A stretch of DNA of 64,000 nucleotides. Origin: a virus. A model generated the notes under the pieces. That model was not told where the DNA came from. It saw only the letters and a program-made list of their open reading frames with translations, and searched no databases. This document shows positions 35,636-45,029 of this stretch, piece after piece. Every line of letters starts with the position of its first letter. The stretch's first letter is position 1. A program made the translations under genes and the position numbers. The DNA is taken from positions 20,236-84,235 of IMG/VR virus record IMGVR_UViG_3300021197_001521; one strand, written 5' to 3'.

Positions 35636-36026
35636 AGTTAAGTCCAGACATGGTTGATCGTTCTATTTGTAGTCCATTTTTTTGAAAGAATTGCTTGACT
35701 AAATCTACATCTAGCATACACTTGGACTGTAAAATTAAAGTATTCATTGTAGGTTGAGGTATCAAACCATTAAGAACACCCTTACAAAAGAGTCTTGGGT
35801 CTATACCACTAACTGTGAGTGTTCCGTTTAGTCTAAGTTTATTAATTAGCAGTCCAAGAAAATCGAATACGTTTTCCTGACTAAAAAGACTTATTGTGTC
35901 TGACGCTAATATTTCTTCGCATTGATTATCTGTTACCTCTTCTGACAAAATATTTAGGTCGCTAAGGAGGAATGTTTCATAACCCTTTATGGCAGTCCTA
36001 TCGTCAGTTACTATTTGTAGTTTCAT
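35610..36026 (-). CDS. SAM-methyltransferase-like fragment/protein
   Basis: DNQCEEILASDTISLF...LINKLRLNGTLTVSG resembles class I MTase motifs, but the GxG motif I is absent. Confidence 0.45.
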   Translation of the reverse strand: MKLQIVTDDRTAIKGYETFLLSDLNILSEEVTDNQCEEILASDTISLFSQENVFDFLGLLINKLRLNGTLTVSGIDPRLFCKGVLNGLIPQPTMNTLILQSKCMLDVDLVKQFFQKNGLQIERSTMSGLNYEITARRK

Positions 36027-36998
36027 TTATATCCCCTTGTAAGCTCTATCAAAAACGTTATTCCATTTAGTTATAAATTCTTGCTCTGAGAATTTTTCTT
36101 CTATAGTTTTTCTTGCCTCCGCACCCATTTTAGCAGCAAGCGGTTTGTCTTCAAGTAATTGCTCGCAGTAAGATCTAAGATCTTCTTCGTCGTTAGAAAT
36201 AAATCCATTAACGCCATGTTCGATAAAGTCAGGTATTGCACAAGTCTCTGTTGTGACAATAGCACAACCGCAAGACATTGCTTCTAACATAGACGTAGGA
36301 ACTGGACTCAAAACGCTTGGGTTTATATAAACTAGAGCATTTTGGTATGCTTTGATTAAATGTTCCACAGATTCACTTTGACTAGAAAGACCTTCTGTTT
36401 CCCCTACAACTACCCTGTCTAAACCTTTTGTAATTCTTTCCCAACCTTGATAGTTCAGCGCATAGTCTCTTTTTATGAAATCATGAGCAACCGTCAGGAT
36501 CTTACTCCTATCTGCACCATCGTCCGGTTTAAAGATGTTGGTATCTACGGAATGCTCAATTACATCGCCGTCCATACCCCATTTTCCTTTAGAGTAATTT
36601 GTTATAAAAATATTATAATCACCCCTCATTGATAGAAACTGATTTAGGGTTTCTTGAGGCCACTGTGGTATAGGAAGCGTATGCTCCAAGGATATCAAAG
36701 GTATCTGTAATGTGTCATTTATTTTTTGTGCAACTTGATATTGACCGAATTTACTATGCGAAAGTATCATGTCAAAGACTATATTTGGAACATTATTTTT
36801 ACCTAGTTGGTAGCAGTTTTCCGGCATTTTTCCATGACCTTCATACCAATCTTTTCCTTCTTCATGGTTAAATGAATAGAAGTTATGACCCGTTTTTGCC
36901 AGTTGAGTTTGGTATCTTTCATGGGCATTGAAGGTTAGTATGTTGTACTTTGTTTTATTTCTGTTTGCTTTGTCTATAATGCTGATTTGCCTACGCAT
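36027..36998 (-). CDS. Glycosyltransferase family 4 (GT-B)
   Basis: HSVDTNIF, VYINPS...PTSMLEAMSCGCAIVTT, HGVNGF, MGAEARKTIEEKFS. Confidence 0.9.
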   Translation of the reverse strand: MRRQISIIDKANRNKTKYNILTFNAHERYQTQLAKTGHNFYSFNHEEGKDWYEGHGKMPENCYQLGKNNVPNIVFDMILSHSKFGQYQVAQKINDTLQIPLISLEHTLPIPQWPQETLNQFLSMRGDYNIFITNYSKGKWGMDGDVIEHSVDTNIFKPDDGADRSKILTVAHDFIKRDYALNYQGWERITKGLDRVVVGETEGLSSQSESVEHLIKAYQNALVYINPSVLSPVPTSMLEAMSCGCAIVTTETCAIPDFIEHGVNGFISNDEEDLRSYCEQLLEDKPLAAKMGAEARKTIEEKFSEQEFITKWNNVFDRAYKGI

Positions 36999-38082
36999 TT
37001 AACACCTCCTTTACAGTGTTTCCAAAGGACTCTTGAGAAAATTTTTCTGCTTTTTCTAGTCCCTGTTTTCTTCTTTCAATATGAATCATAGGATCTTTCA
37101 ACCAGTCGTCATACAATTGTCTCATCGTTTGTCTCATTCCCATCTCGCAAGGATTGAAAACGAAATTCTTTGCGTTATATACGTCTTTCCACATTGAGTC
37201 TGATCTTTCTATTGTCTTGTATACAGATTTGACTACCGCCTCATCTGCATACTCTGCCGCATCTGTTCCTTCTAGCACTACAGGAACGCTTCCTAAGCAC
37301 AATGCGTCGAATACACTTGAAGGGAGGCATCTTTGATTAGAAGGCGTTACGAAGCAATCTCCGTATTGATGAAGTTGATAAATTGATTCAGGGTTTTGAC
37401 CTCTTTGTACAACCATGTCTAGCAAGCAATCGCTTAGGTCTTCTTGATTACTAATTTTTTTCTTCAGTTCATGTTTTTTTATGTCTAATGATTGCTGCGT
37501 TTCCCCGCCTACTAACTGTAGTATTAGTGCAGTGTTATCGCCCTTGTCGAATTCTGAATGAAAACATCTGAGAATAGTTTCTGTTTGATCGTCATAGGCA
37601 TCTACCACGGTATAAAACTTAAATTTACCCGTAAGCTCTGGCACTTGAATTTCTTTATAATTTTTTGTATAAAGACTTTTATCAAAGCAGTGCGGCACTA
37701 CAACAGTTTTATCTTTTATTTTTTTAGGCATCGAATCTTTCGCTATTTCGCTGGCAACCCAAATCTGATCTAATTGATTTAGTTGTTCTGCCCAACTAGA
37801 ATGATCTAATGTTACAAATTCATTTCCAAATATTGCAATATTTTTTTCAAATTTATCTGTTCCTACTAGATGTTCTGGAAACACATGTTGAATACAGACA
37901 TCACAATCGTCCAAGGATTTATCTTCTAGGTGACTTATTTCTTTGGGTGTCTGATTGCCAGAAAACGAAATTGCCCTACATACAACATCAAAACCTGCTT
38001 TATCAAGCGCTAAAATATTATTGGTGGCATATCTACCCCAATCGCTCGCTTCTCTGTAATATCCAATATACAATACCTTCAT
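36991..38082 (-). CDS. Glycosyltransferase family 4-like (GT-B), divergent
   Basis: MKVLYIG, DQIWVASE, VVPH, DCFVTPS...FDALCLGSVPV; the canonical E-x7-E motif is altered. Confidence 0.75.
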   Translation of the reverse strand: MKVLYIGYYREASDWGRYATNNILALDKAGFDVVCRAISFSGNQTPKEISHLEDKSLDDCDVCIQHVFPEHLVGTDKFEKNIAIFGNEFVTLDHSSWAEQLNQLDQIWVASEIAKDSMPKKIKDKTVVVPHCFDKSLYTKNYKEIQVPELTGKFKFYTVVDAYDDQTETILRCFHSEFDKGDNTALILQLVGGETQQSLDIKKHELKKKISNQEDLSDCLLDMVVQRGQNPESIYQLHQYGDCFVTPSNQRCLPSSVFDALCLGSVPVVLEGTDAAEYADEAVVKSVYKTIERSDSMWKDVYNAKNFVFNPCEMGMRQTMRQLYDDWLKDPMIHIERRKQGLEKAEKFSQESFGNTVKEVLNA

Positions 38083-38096
38083 TAGGCTCTCCCGAC

Positions 38097-38972
38097 TTAT
38101 AAATGAATAATTTTATTTGTGTCAAAAAAATGGTTCAATACATCTGGTTTTTTCTGGTTTAAAATCCAGTCAATATCTTCTCTGTCTATCTCTTCTTTTC
38201 TATTGTCTCTTGAGTAAGTGTTTACGGAATTATTTTTCATTCTATAAGATAGAATTGTTTCTCCATTGTATAAACAGGTCGCAGGACATCCAATCCAAGT
38301 TTCGTGATTATTTACAATAAAAAAGTTAGCAGAACATTTTAAATGAGTAGAAACCCCACCAGCGTTTCCTAAACAAACAACACAGTTTGAAAGCATAAAA
38401 TACGAAAGCATTTCACTGTATGTGGTAGTCGATACTTCTTCGTAATTATCACTAAAACTAAGGTTGGGTTTTTCTATCGTCAAATTAATAACATATGCAT
38501 CGTTCTGTAAAATTTTTGCTATATAATCTTCAAGCAAATTATTTCTAAATCCCGTTATAGGATTGTTGATATTTCTAGCGCTTATAACTACTATAGGTTT
38601 ATCTATTTTTTCTAGTTTGTTCTTTATTAAAGTATAGTCGTGTTCTAAAGGTTTATTTGTTCCAAACCCCTTCTCTTGAATCGTTTTATTTATATATGTA
38701 AAATTTCTTTTGTAAACATGTGTCTTGTCTTCATCAAAGTCTGCTCTATATGTAACGTTATTATTATCATACCAACTTCGTAAATGATTACAAGATGAAT
38801 TGTTCTTGCCGTCTATTAAGATTTTATCAAACGACTCAAATAAAACTAAAAAGTTATATCCTGCATAAGTATAATACTCTTCGTCTATTTTTCTGTTGTG
38901 TGATAAAAAATTATTGCTTATGTCGCAGTAATTAAACTCGTCATATGAATACGGAAGCGAAATCTTATTCAT
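38097..38972 (-). CDS. Hypothetical protein, possible GT9-like/GT-B C-terminal domain
   Basis: SNCVVCLGNAGGVSTHL resembles GT9 'DSG..HLA'; visibly AT-rich; inside the glycan operon. Confidence 0.4.
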   Translation of the reverse strand: MNKISLPYSYDEFNYCDISNNFLSHNRKIDEEYYTYAGYNFLVLFESFDKILIDGKNNSSCNHLRSWYDNNNVTYRADFDEDKTHVYKRNFTYINKTIQEKGFGTNKPLEHDYTLIKNKLEKIDKPIVVISARNINNPITGFRNNLLEDYIAKILQNDAYVINLTIEKPNLSFSDNYEEVSTTTYSEMLSYFMLSNCVVCLGNAGGVSTHLKCSANFFIVNNHETWIGCPATCLYNGETILSYRMKNNSVNTYSRDNRKEEIDREDIDWILNQKKPDVLNHFFDTNKIIHL

Positions 38973-39732
38973 TTTTTAATGGATAGTTTAAAATAAAACT
39001 CATCCCCCCTGAATTAAACTCTCCATGAAAACCGAAAGACTCATAACTTATTAGCATGTTTCTTGCAAAATATCTATACGGCGTTGGGTGTTCTACAGAA
39101 AACTGTGCTGCTAACTCAGGCGGGGCAAATCTTATACCTGCTTGTGTCATTCTGTCATAGTTAAATACGCATATGTTTAAGTCTTCATTCTTATGTTCCC
39201 ACCCAAGTTTGGCAGACTCTTCTACAAATTTTCTAGTTCGCAAAGAGAATCCACCATTACCCACAACATTTGGAATATTATCTATTCTTCCAGCAACCAT
39301 GTCCGTTGCTTGGATTATATGCATGGGCCAAGGCGCGCCTATGTAGTCGTAGTCTAAATACTGGTCTGTCCACTTATTACTATCTATAATAGTAGAATCA
39401 TGCTGAACATTCAAGCAAAAATCATCTGTAATGTATTTATTTGTTTGTTGAACAAAAGATTCACAGAAACCTATTCTGTTTTCATCATCGTTTTGTAGGT
39501 TGTCATTAAGGTCTACTTTCATGTCGTAGACTTCTATGTTATTCTTGTTGATGATTTTTTCAAACAAAGACAACTGAGTTTTACTACTATCTGTAATTAA
39601 GACACTACGCTTAAAATCTACCTGATCCATAGCAATCAACATAGATCTAAGAGATTTTTCTACATGTTCTGTACCCCAGCAAAATGTAAATACTGTTACG
39701 TCTGGTAGTTGTAACTTATTTCCAATAGTCAT
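38965..39732 (-). CDS. DUF5672-family protein (GT-A-like)
   Basis: VQHDSTI...W...YLDYDYIGAPWP...VGNGGFSLRT...NED...A..FSVE...FGFH. Confidence 0.85.
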   Translation of the reverse strand: MTIGNKLQLPDVTVFTFCWGTEHVEKSLRSMLIAMDQVDFKRSVLITDSSKTQLSLFEKIINKNNIEVYDMKVDLNDNLQNDDENRIGFCESFVQQTNKYITDDFCLNVQHDSTIIDSNKWTDQYLDYDYIGAPWPMHIIQATDMVAGRIDNIPNVVGNGGFSLRTRKFVEESAKLGWEHKNEDLNICVFNYDRMTQAGIRFAPPELAAQFSVEHPTPYRYFARNMLISYESFGFHGEFNSGGMSFILNYPLKNE

Positions 39733-40735
39733 AAATACCCTTCGTTGTTTCGTAATCCATTACCTTTTGTTCGCGTTTAGGTTGGGTCATCGCCCACCTG
39801 AACATCTCATCAATTGTTTCCTCTAGGTTGGTGTCGTCGCTAAAGCCTAACATTTCTTTTGCTTTTGCGTGATCGCAATGCGCATGTTTAACTTCGTGCC
39901 GACCTTCTACATGTTTTTTATCTGCTTGAAAACCATTTTTTAAAGCTACACGCTGCACTGTATCTGCCAGTTGGTTTATTGAGTATGCTTTGTCTGCTCC
40001 AATGTTAAAAATTTCTTTATCGTGACTATCAATCAGTTTTTCAAAAGGTTCCATGTAGTATTTGATATCAGAGAACGCGCGAGTCTGCTCTCCGTCTCCG
40101 TAGATTAACATAGGTTCGCCAGCAAGTATACGTCTAATAAAAATACCTACAACGTTACGATATTTATCCCAAATGTTTTGGTATATACCTACGACATTGT
40201 GTGGACGAACAATATTATAACGAAGACCGTGTTGATCGTGTGCAACCTTTAGGTCCATCTCTACGGTATATTTTGCAATACCATATGGATCAATTGGCAC
40301 TGGTCCCATCGTTTCTGTAAATGGAGGATGATGATTACCGTAAACTGCCATAGAACTGGTAAAGATCATTTTTACGTCATGATTGATACACGCATTGATT
40401 AGGTTAACACTTGCTAAAACATTATTTGTATAATTATAATGTCTGATAAATGGCGACAACCCTTCTGCTGCATAAGCAGCAAAATGATAACACGCTACAA
40501 TGTCACGGTTAGGGTCAGCAAAAATATGCTCTAATGCCCTTGGAGTCCCTTCGCTTTTACTGAGGTGTAGCGGCCAAAACTCAAACTGCTCTAACGTGGT
40601 TTCTTTGGGAAGATAATCTTCATAACTGCCGCTAAGATCATCAATACCTATAACCTTGTAACCCTTTTTGATTAGGTGACGAGTTAGGTGCGAACCAAGC
40701 AGTCCTGCGCATCCAGTTATCACAACTTCTTTCAT
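39716..40735 (-). CDS. NAD-dependent nucleotide-sugar epimerase/dehydratase (extended SDR)
   Basis: ITGCAGLLG, HFAA, SSMAVYG, YGIAK, IYGDGEQTRAF. Confidence 0.92.
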   Translation of the reverse strand: MKEVVITGCAGLLGSHLTRHLIKKGYKVIGIDDLSGSYEDYLPKETTLEQFEFWPLHLSKSEGTPRALEHIFADPNRDIVACYHFAAYAAEGLSPFIRHYNYTNNVLASVNLINACINHDVKMIFTSSMAVYGNHHPPFTETMGPVPIDPYGIAKYTVEMDLKVAHDQHGLRYNIVRPHNVVGIYQNIWDKYRNVVGIFIRRILAGEPMLIYGDGEQTRAFSDIKYYMEPFEKLIDSHDKEIFNIGADKAYSINQLADTVQRVALKNGFQADKKHVEGRHEVKHAHCDHAKAKEMLGFSDDTNLEETIDEMFRWAMTQPKREQKVMDYETTKGIYDYWK

Positions 40736-42417
40736 TTAGACATCCCCTGCACCTGTTGCATTCTTTGTATTCTAGCTCTTTCCCATTGATTTCTTCTTTC
40801 GCATAGCATCTTCATCTGATCGTATGCTACATCAAAATTAAAAGGTTGCCTAGAATGAACGCCATCAAATGCAGCAGAAGATTCGTTAAAGTACATACCG
40901 CCCGTTGAGGACGTTGCTTGTTTGTAGGTCAAGTCCCTTGTTAACCTAGACTCCATAAAAGTGCCTAGTTTATCAGGTTCTCTTAAAACATTTGTTATCA
41001 ACCATCTTGACAGGTCGCTAGGTTTAATGTTATTGTTAGAAACATCCAACTTTTGATCTGATTCAATTACCCTTGGACCTGACCCCCAACTTTGTTCAAG
41101 TGGAATTGGATCTGTTTGATCAAAGTAGTTCTCCCATACAGAACCACTTAAATGCCACTGATAATATTTTTCAAAGTTTTCTCTGGTTTGCTTGCCTTCT
41201 GCTTCTCTTTCTTCGTCTGATTTGCTGAAAAAATCCAAGAAATAGTTAGCAGCTTCTTGATTGTCTGGAACCGCACGTAAACATCCAGTTTCTAATTCTT
41301 TGTACAAAGCCGCTGGCTTAATGGGGTATCCGCCTAACTTCCTTAAAACACTTTCCATAGCAGAATAATCTGTTCCGCAGACGGGAACCCCACAAGCCGC
41401 AGCTTCTACTTGAGGTAGTCCAAACCCTTCACAGTTTGCATACTGGGCGTACAGGTCAAACAAGTTCACCACGTTAGACAAATCTTCGTAACTTAGTCCA
41501 TTTTTAACATTTGAAAGAGTTGCTCCCCACCTTCCTGTGTACGGAGATTGACATATCGCCCCTTTGAATGTAGAGGGAAATGGTTTTTTTGTTTCTGGAC
41601 ATATGTAAGTAAATAAAACGTTTGAAGACAGTTTATATTCTTGTATTAGTTCTGGAATCTCCCAACCTAAATCTGGATAGGAGGTATGGCAGTACAGATA
41701 ATACTTTTTGTTTTCTGACATATCCAAGAATTTACGGAAAGCTTCAAACAAATCTGGATACAACTTGCGTCTTTGGTTACGCATTACTGTTCCAATAATT
41801 TTGTACTCTGGATCTAAACCAAAGTTGAGTTTGTGCATACGCTTGTCTTCTACTGGACTGTAGGCAGGGTGCGCAGACGGAGGCGCGCTTCCAAGGTAAT
41901 TTATTTTACCTCCAGATTGATTTTCTAATACGCCGCCCGCCCAGTCTGAATAAGTAAGACAGGCATCTGCTCCTGCGTAAGTAGCAATCCACTGTCTTGC
42001 TTGAGGTCTTGCGTCTACCGTTGGCATTACCACCCATTTAAAAAACGGTCTAAACGGAGATCTTTCTGCAAAGTCTAGCATCCAGAAATCTCGAATGTCA
42101 CACACAAAGTCTGGCAAAAAATCTAAGCAGACATGCTCAAACGCCCATTCTCCAAACTGATTTGTGGGTCTAGAGTTGTATGCTTCCAGTTCTTCTGGGG
42201 ATGCTTTTGGTTCACAGTTTTGGTTAGGCATTACTCCGTAAAACTTCCAAGGAATGTTCGCTGCCCTTGGATCATTCTTTTCTCCGTATGCTGCCATCTC
42301 AGCAATTTCATACTTGCCAGTGCTGTGCAAATAGTTTAAAATCTCTCTAGTATAAGTTGCATACCCTGTGTTTAGAAAGGTAGCTTCACTGCAAAACAGA
42401 ATTCTTTTCTTTCTCAT
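40732..42417 (-). CDS. Glycosyltransferase family 4 (GT-B), 561 aa
   Basis: TGYA, RNQRRK.YPDL, CEGFGLPQVEAAACGVP. Confidence 0.9.
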   Translation of the reverse strand: MRKKRILFCSEATFLNTGYATYTREILNYLHSTGKYEIAEMAAYGEKNDPRAANIPWKFYGVMPNQNCEPKASPEELEAYNSRPTNQFGEWAFEHVCLDFLPDFVCDIRDFWMLDFAERSPFRPFFKWVVMPTVDARPQARQWIATYAGADACLTYSDWAGGVLENQSGGKINYLGSAPPSAHPAYSPVEDKRMHKLNFGLDPEYKIIGTVMRNQRRKLYPDLFEAFRKFLDMSENKKYYLYCHTSYPDLGWEIPELIQEYKLSSNVLFTYICPETKKPFPSTFKGAICQSPYTGRWGATLSNVKNGLSYEDLSNVVNLFDLYAQYANCEGFGLPQVEAAACGVPVCGTDYSAMESVLRKLGGYPIKPAALYKELETGCLRAVPDNQEAANYFLDFFSKSDEEREAEGKQTRENFEKYYQWHLSGSVWENYFDQTDPIPLEQSWGSGPRVIESDQKLDVSNNNIKPSDLSRWLITNVLREPDKLGTFMESRLTRDLTYKQATSSTGGMYFNESSAAFDGVHSRQPFNFDVAYDQMKMLCERRNQWERARIQRMQQVQGMSK

Positions 42418-42418
42418 C

Positions 42419-42739
42419 TTATTCCTTATCTAAACAACCAAAATCAAATTCGTTAATTCTAAATGTAATATCGTCTGTGGCGTCTGTTTTCATTACGCCG
42501 TTTCTCGCGGAGGCATAAACAGTCATCTTAGTTCCTTTCTTTCCAAGTTTAGCAATCGTCTCTGCGCCACTTGCCCACGCTTGCAGCGTGATAGTTGTTG
42601 AAACTTTCTTCTTTTCTCCACGTTTATTTTTACGATATTCGTAAGTTATCATTTTTACAGTGCAGCAGGCTGGTCCGTCATCACCACCCTCTACCTGTGG
42701 GTCATGTAAAAGATACCCAGTAAAAGTGCAATTATTCAT
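42419..42739 (-). CDS. ssb: Single-stranded DNA-binding protein (OB fold)
   Basis: MNNCTFTGYLLHDP...QAW...AETIAKLGKKGTKMTV. Start moved to the ATG at 42739, which has a GGAG RBS; the longer tracked ORF overlaps the promoter. Confidence 0.75.
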   Translation of the reverse strand: MNNCTFTGYLLHDPQVEGGDDGPACCTVKMITYEYRKNKRGEKKKVSTTITLQAWASGAETIAKLGKKGTKMTVYASARNGVMKTDATDDITFRINEFDFGCLDKE

Positions 42740-42770
42740 CAATTTCTCCAATAAGACTGTCTTACTTAAT

Positions 42771-42799
42771 ATTATAGTATATAACTTAAAAAAAGTCAA
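42771..42799 (-). promoter_or_regulatory. Sigma70-type promoter upstream of ssb and the glycan operon
   Basis: TTGACT (42799-42794), 17 bp spacer, TATAAT (42776-42771) on the - strand. Confidence 0.85.
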
Positions 42800-44371
42800 T
42801 TATATTTCGTGTATTTTATTAATAATAAACGAACCGTCTTTTTCTACCTCTCCGCAGAATAATAAGTTAAGACCTTCATCTAGTATATATTTAGTCTTCT
42901 CTGTAGTCTCTGGAAAGACCACCACATTATCAATAGAGCAAGTTTCATCTTCCAGTGTCAGGAAACACATATCTTTACCTTTGCTCTTGCCTTTTTTGCA
43001 TTTATATTTCTGCAATCTACTAACATTTGCTACTATACAGATATCTTTACCGTGTTTTCCATTTAGTATTTCTTTACACGAAGTATTTGAGTGCGATGTG
43101 TCAGACGCTTCTACTTTAGACAGCGAGACAGGGCATCCCAAGAATTTCTTTTCTTGTTCCACAATCCATTCTGGATCATCCGATAGGTCATAGGGAGGGT
43201 TCTCTATAAAGAACATTTCGTTCTCAATGATTTGCTTCCTATCGACCTTACTAGTTCCACCGCCTTCCTTTTTTGTGGGCGCTAGATCTTTAAACGCATC
43301 ATAAAGATTGTCCCATTTGCGTACAGGATAATTTATTGTTAACCATTTAAGTTCTGCTTTTGTTAAGTTTTTAAATATCAAATATTCATAAAGAGCTTTA
43401 TTCCTAGTAACTCCAATAGACTTGGTGGAAAAGAATCCGACAGAACATAGTGCTTTAAATGCAGTTGCATTAATTTTAGGAGATAAGTATACAAGAACAT
43501 CCATCCAGTTAAATTCTTTTGGTTTCTTGTTTATGTCTTTACAGGTTTCTGATACTGCCTTTATGACTTTATCGCCATTAACACCCGTTAGCGACTTAAT
43601 GTCTTTAAGACCGAAGTACAAGTTGTTCTTATAAACTCCAAAAGTCTTGTTAAATAAAGTCAAATTAGGAATTTTTACTTCTATGTCAAATAACTTTGCT
43701 TCAGATACAAGTTCGTAAACTTCTTGATGTGGGTCTTGCTTTTCATTCGCATAGGTTAGGTATGACAAAAAGAACTCTTTAGTGTGATTCGCTTTGTACC
43801 AAGCGCTCCTATACGAGTTTTCTGCGTAGCATATAGCGTGGGATTTATTAAACGAATAGCGTGATGACTTTTCAATCCAACCAAAGATTTCTTCGGCAGT
43901 CTCTACGTCTACAATACCCTGCTCTGTGCATCCCTGCAAGAAGTCTTCCCTGACTTTAGCCATAAGGTCTGCTTTCTTCTTACCAATCGCCTTACGAAGC
44001 ACATCTGCTTCTTGTAAGTTGAAACCAGCAAGTTCTTGAGCGATACGCATAGACTGTTCTTGGTAAATCAATACACCTTTAGTGGATTGCAAAACATCTG
44101 TTAGCGATTCATGCAGATACTTAATTACATCCAGACCGCTTTTCCTGTCAACGTAATGTTGAGTCATAGACTTTCCATCCGTTATCGCTTTTAGCGATCC
44201 CGGTCTAATCAAAGCAATTAACGCCGCAAGTTCTTCAAGATTGGTGGGATGTAGTCTTTTAGACCAAGCGCGCCCAAGATTACTCTCTAACTGAAAGACA
44301 CCTTTTGTTCTGCCGTCCTTAAAAAGATCCCATGTTTTTCCGTCTTCGTAACTAAACGTAAGTGTTGCCAT
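42800..44371 (-). CDS. dnaE: DNA polymerase III alpha, C-terminal half (fingers, HhH, OB)
   Basis: TKGVFQLES, ALIRPG, GVLIYQEQ, ADVLRKAIGKKK, YSFNKSHA, EKKFLG, MCFLTLED. Start taken at MATL. Confidence 0.92.
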   Translation of the reverse strand: MATLTFSYEDGKTWDLFKDGRTKGVFQLESNLGRAWSKRLHPTNLEELAALIALIRPGSLKAITDGKSMTQHYVDRKSGLDVIKYLHESLTDVLQSTKGVLIYQEQSMRIAQELAGFNLQEADVLRKAIGKKKADLMAKVREDFLQGCTEQGIVDVETAEEIFGWIEKSSRYSFNKSHAICYAENSYRSAWYKANHTKEFFLSYLTYANEKQDPHQEVYELVSEAKLFDIEVKIPNLTLFNKTFGVYKNNLYFGLKDIKSLTGVNGDKVIKAVSETCKDINKKPKEFNWMDVLVYLSPKINATAFKALCSVGFFSTKSIGVTRNKALYEYLIFKNLTKAELKWLTINYPVRKWDNLYDAFKDLAPTKKEGGGTSKVDRKQIIENEMFFIENPPYDLSDDPEWIVEQEKKFLGCPVSLSKVEASDTSHSNTSCKEILNGKHGKDICIVANVSRLQKYKCKKGKSKGKDMCFLTLEDETCSIDNVVVFPETTEKTKYILDEGLNLLFCGEVEKDGSFIINKIHEI

Positions 44372-45029
44372 TTGCAAATGCCTTTTCAAGTTTCAAGTTT
44401 CTGTAGACGGCACGATGCGTCTTCATAAATTTAATCATCAAGTTTGCGGTATCTTTGACATCTTGCAGAGCGTCATGGGCATTCTCGGTATCCATACCCA
44501 TCCTGTCTCTAATAGCGTCCATACTCCTAGATTTTACACTAGGATCTCCCTCTGTCCACATATAATAGTTGTCCATCATGTCGATTTTATGGATTTGATG
44601 AAACAACTTCTGTCTCTGTCTTTGGTCGTCCCAAGGTCCGTATTCTTTACAAAGTCTATCTACAATAATCATATCGTATCCTAAAATATTATACCCAGCA
44701 GCAATCGGAGCGAAGAACGAAGTTCCTTTCCAGTTATACTTATCTACAAAAGCGCAGAACTTTTTCCAGACTGCTTTCGGTTTAGGTGCTTTTGCTATCT
44801 CTTCTCTTGTTTTACCTGTTACTTTTAAAGCACCGTCTTCAATTGGACCAAGACCTTTCTTTGTCGCTTTTTCGTCATTGGTTTCTGCCCATATTTCGCT
44901 ATTGAACTCACCTTTTAGTCTAAAGTTTCTGCCGTCCAAGGCTATTGCTGCCAACTGAGTGGGTTGACATGTTACTGGATTTCTACCACCTGTCTCAAAG
45001 TCAAAAACAATTATATCACGGTTCGACAT
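44352..45029 (-). CDS. dnaQ: DEDDh 3'-5' exonuclease (DnaQ/epsilon-like)
   Basis: VFDFETGG (Exo I), GYNILGYD (Exo II), AHDALQDV (Exo III). Confidence 0.88.
   Translation of the reverse strand: MSNRDIIVFDFETGGRNPVTCQPTQLAAIALDGRNFRLKGEFNSEIWAETNDEKATKKGLGPIEDGALKVTGKTREEIAKAPKPKAVWKKFCAFVDKYNWKGTSFFAPIAAGYNILGYDMIIVDRLCKEYGPWDDQRQRQKLFHQIHKIDMMDNYYMWTEGDPSVKSRSMDAIRDRMGMDTENAHDALQDVKDTANLMIKFMKTHRAVYRNLKLEKAFANGNTYV

Noticed and set aside
25782-42417. Cellular O-antigen/capsule locus (bacterial chromosome origin)
   Set aside because: No wzx/wzy/ABC export or initiating transferase genes, and the flanks are phage-type replication and virion genes.
42740-42799. N-terminal extension of SSB in the ORF track (MTFFKLY...)
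   Set aside because: It coincides with the -35/-10 promoter and RBS; the real start is most likely the ATG at 42739.
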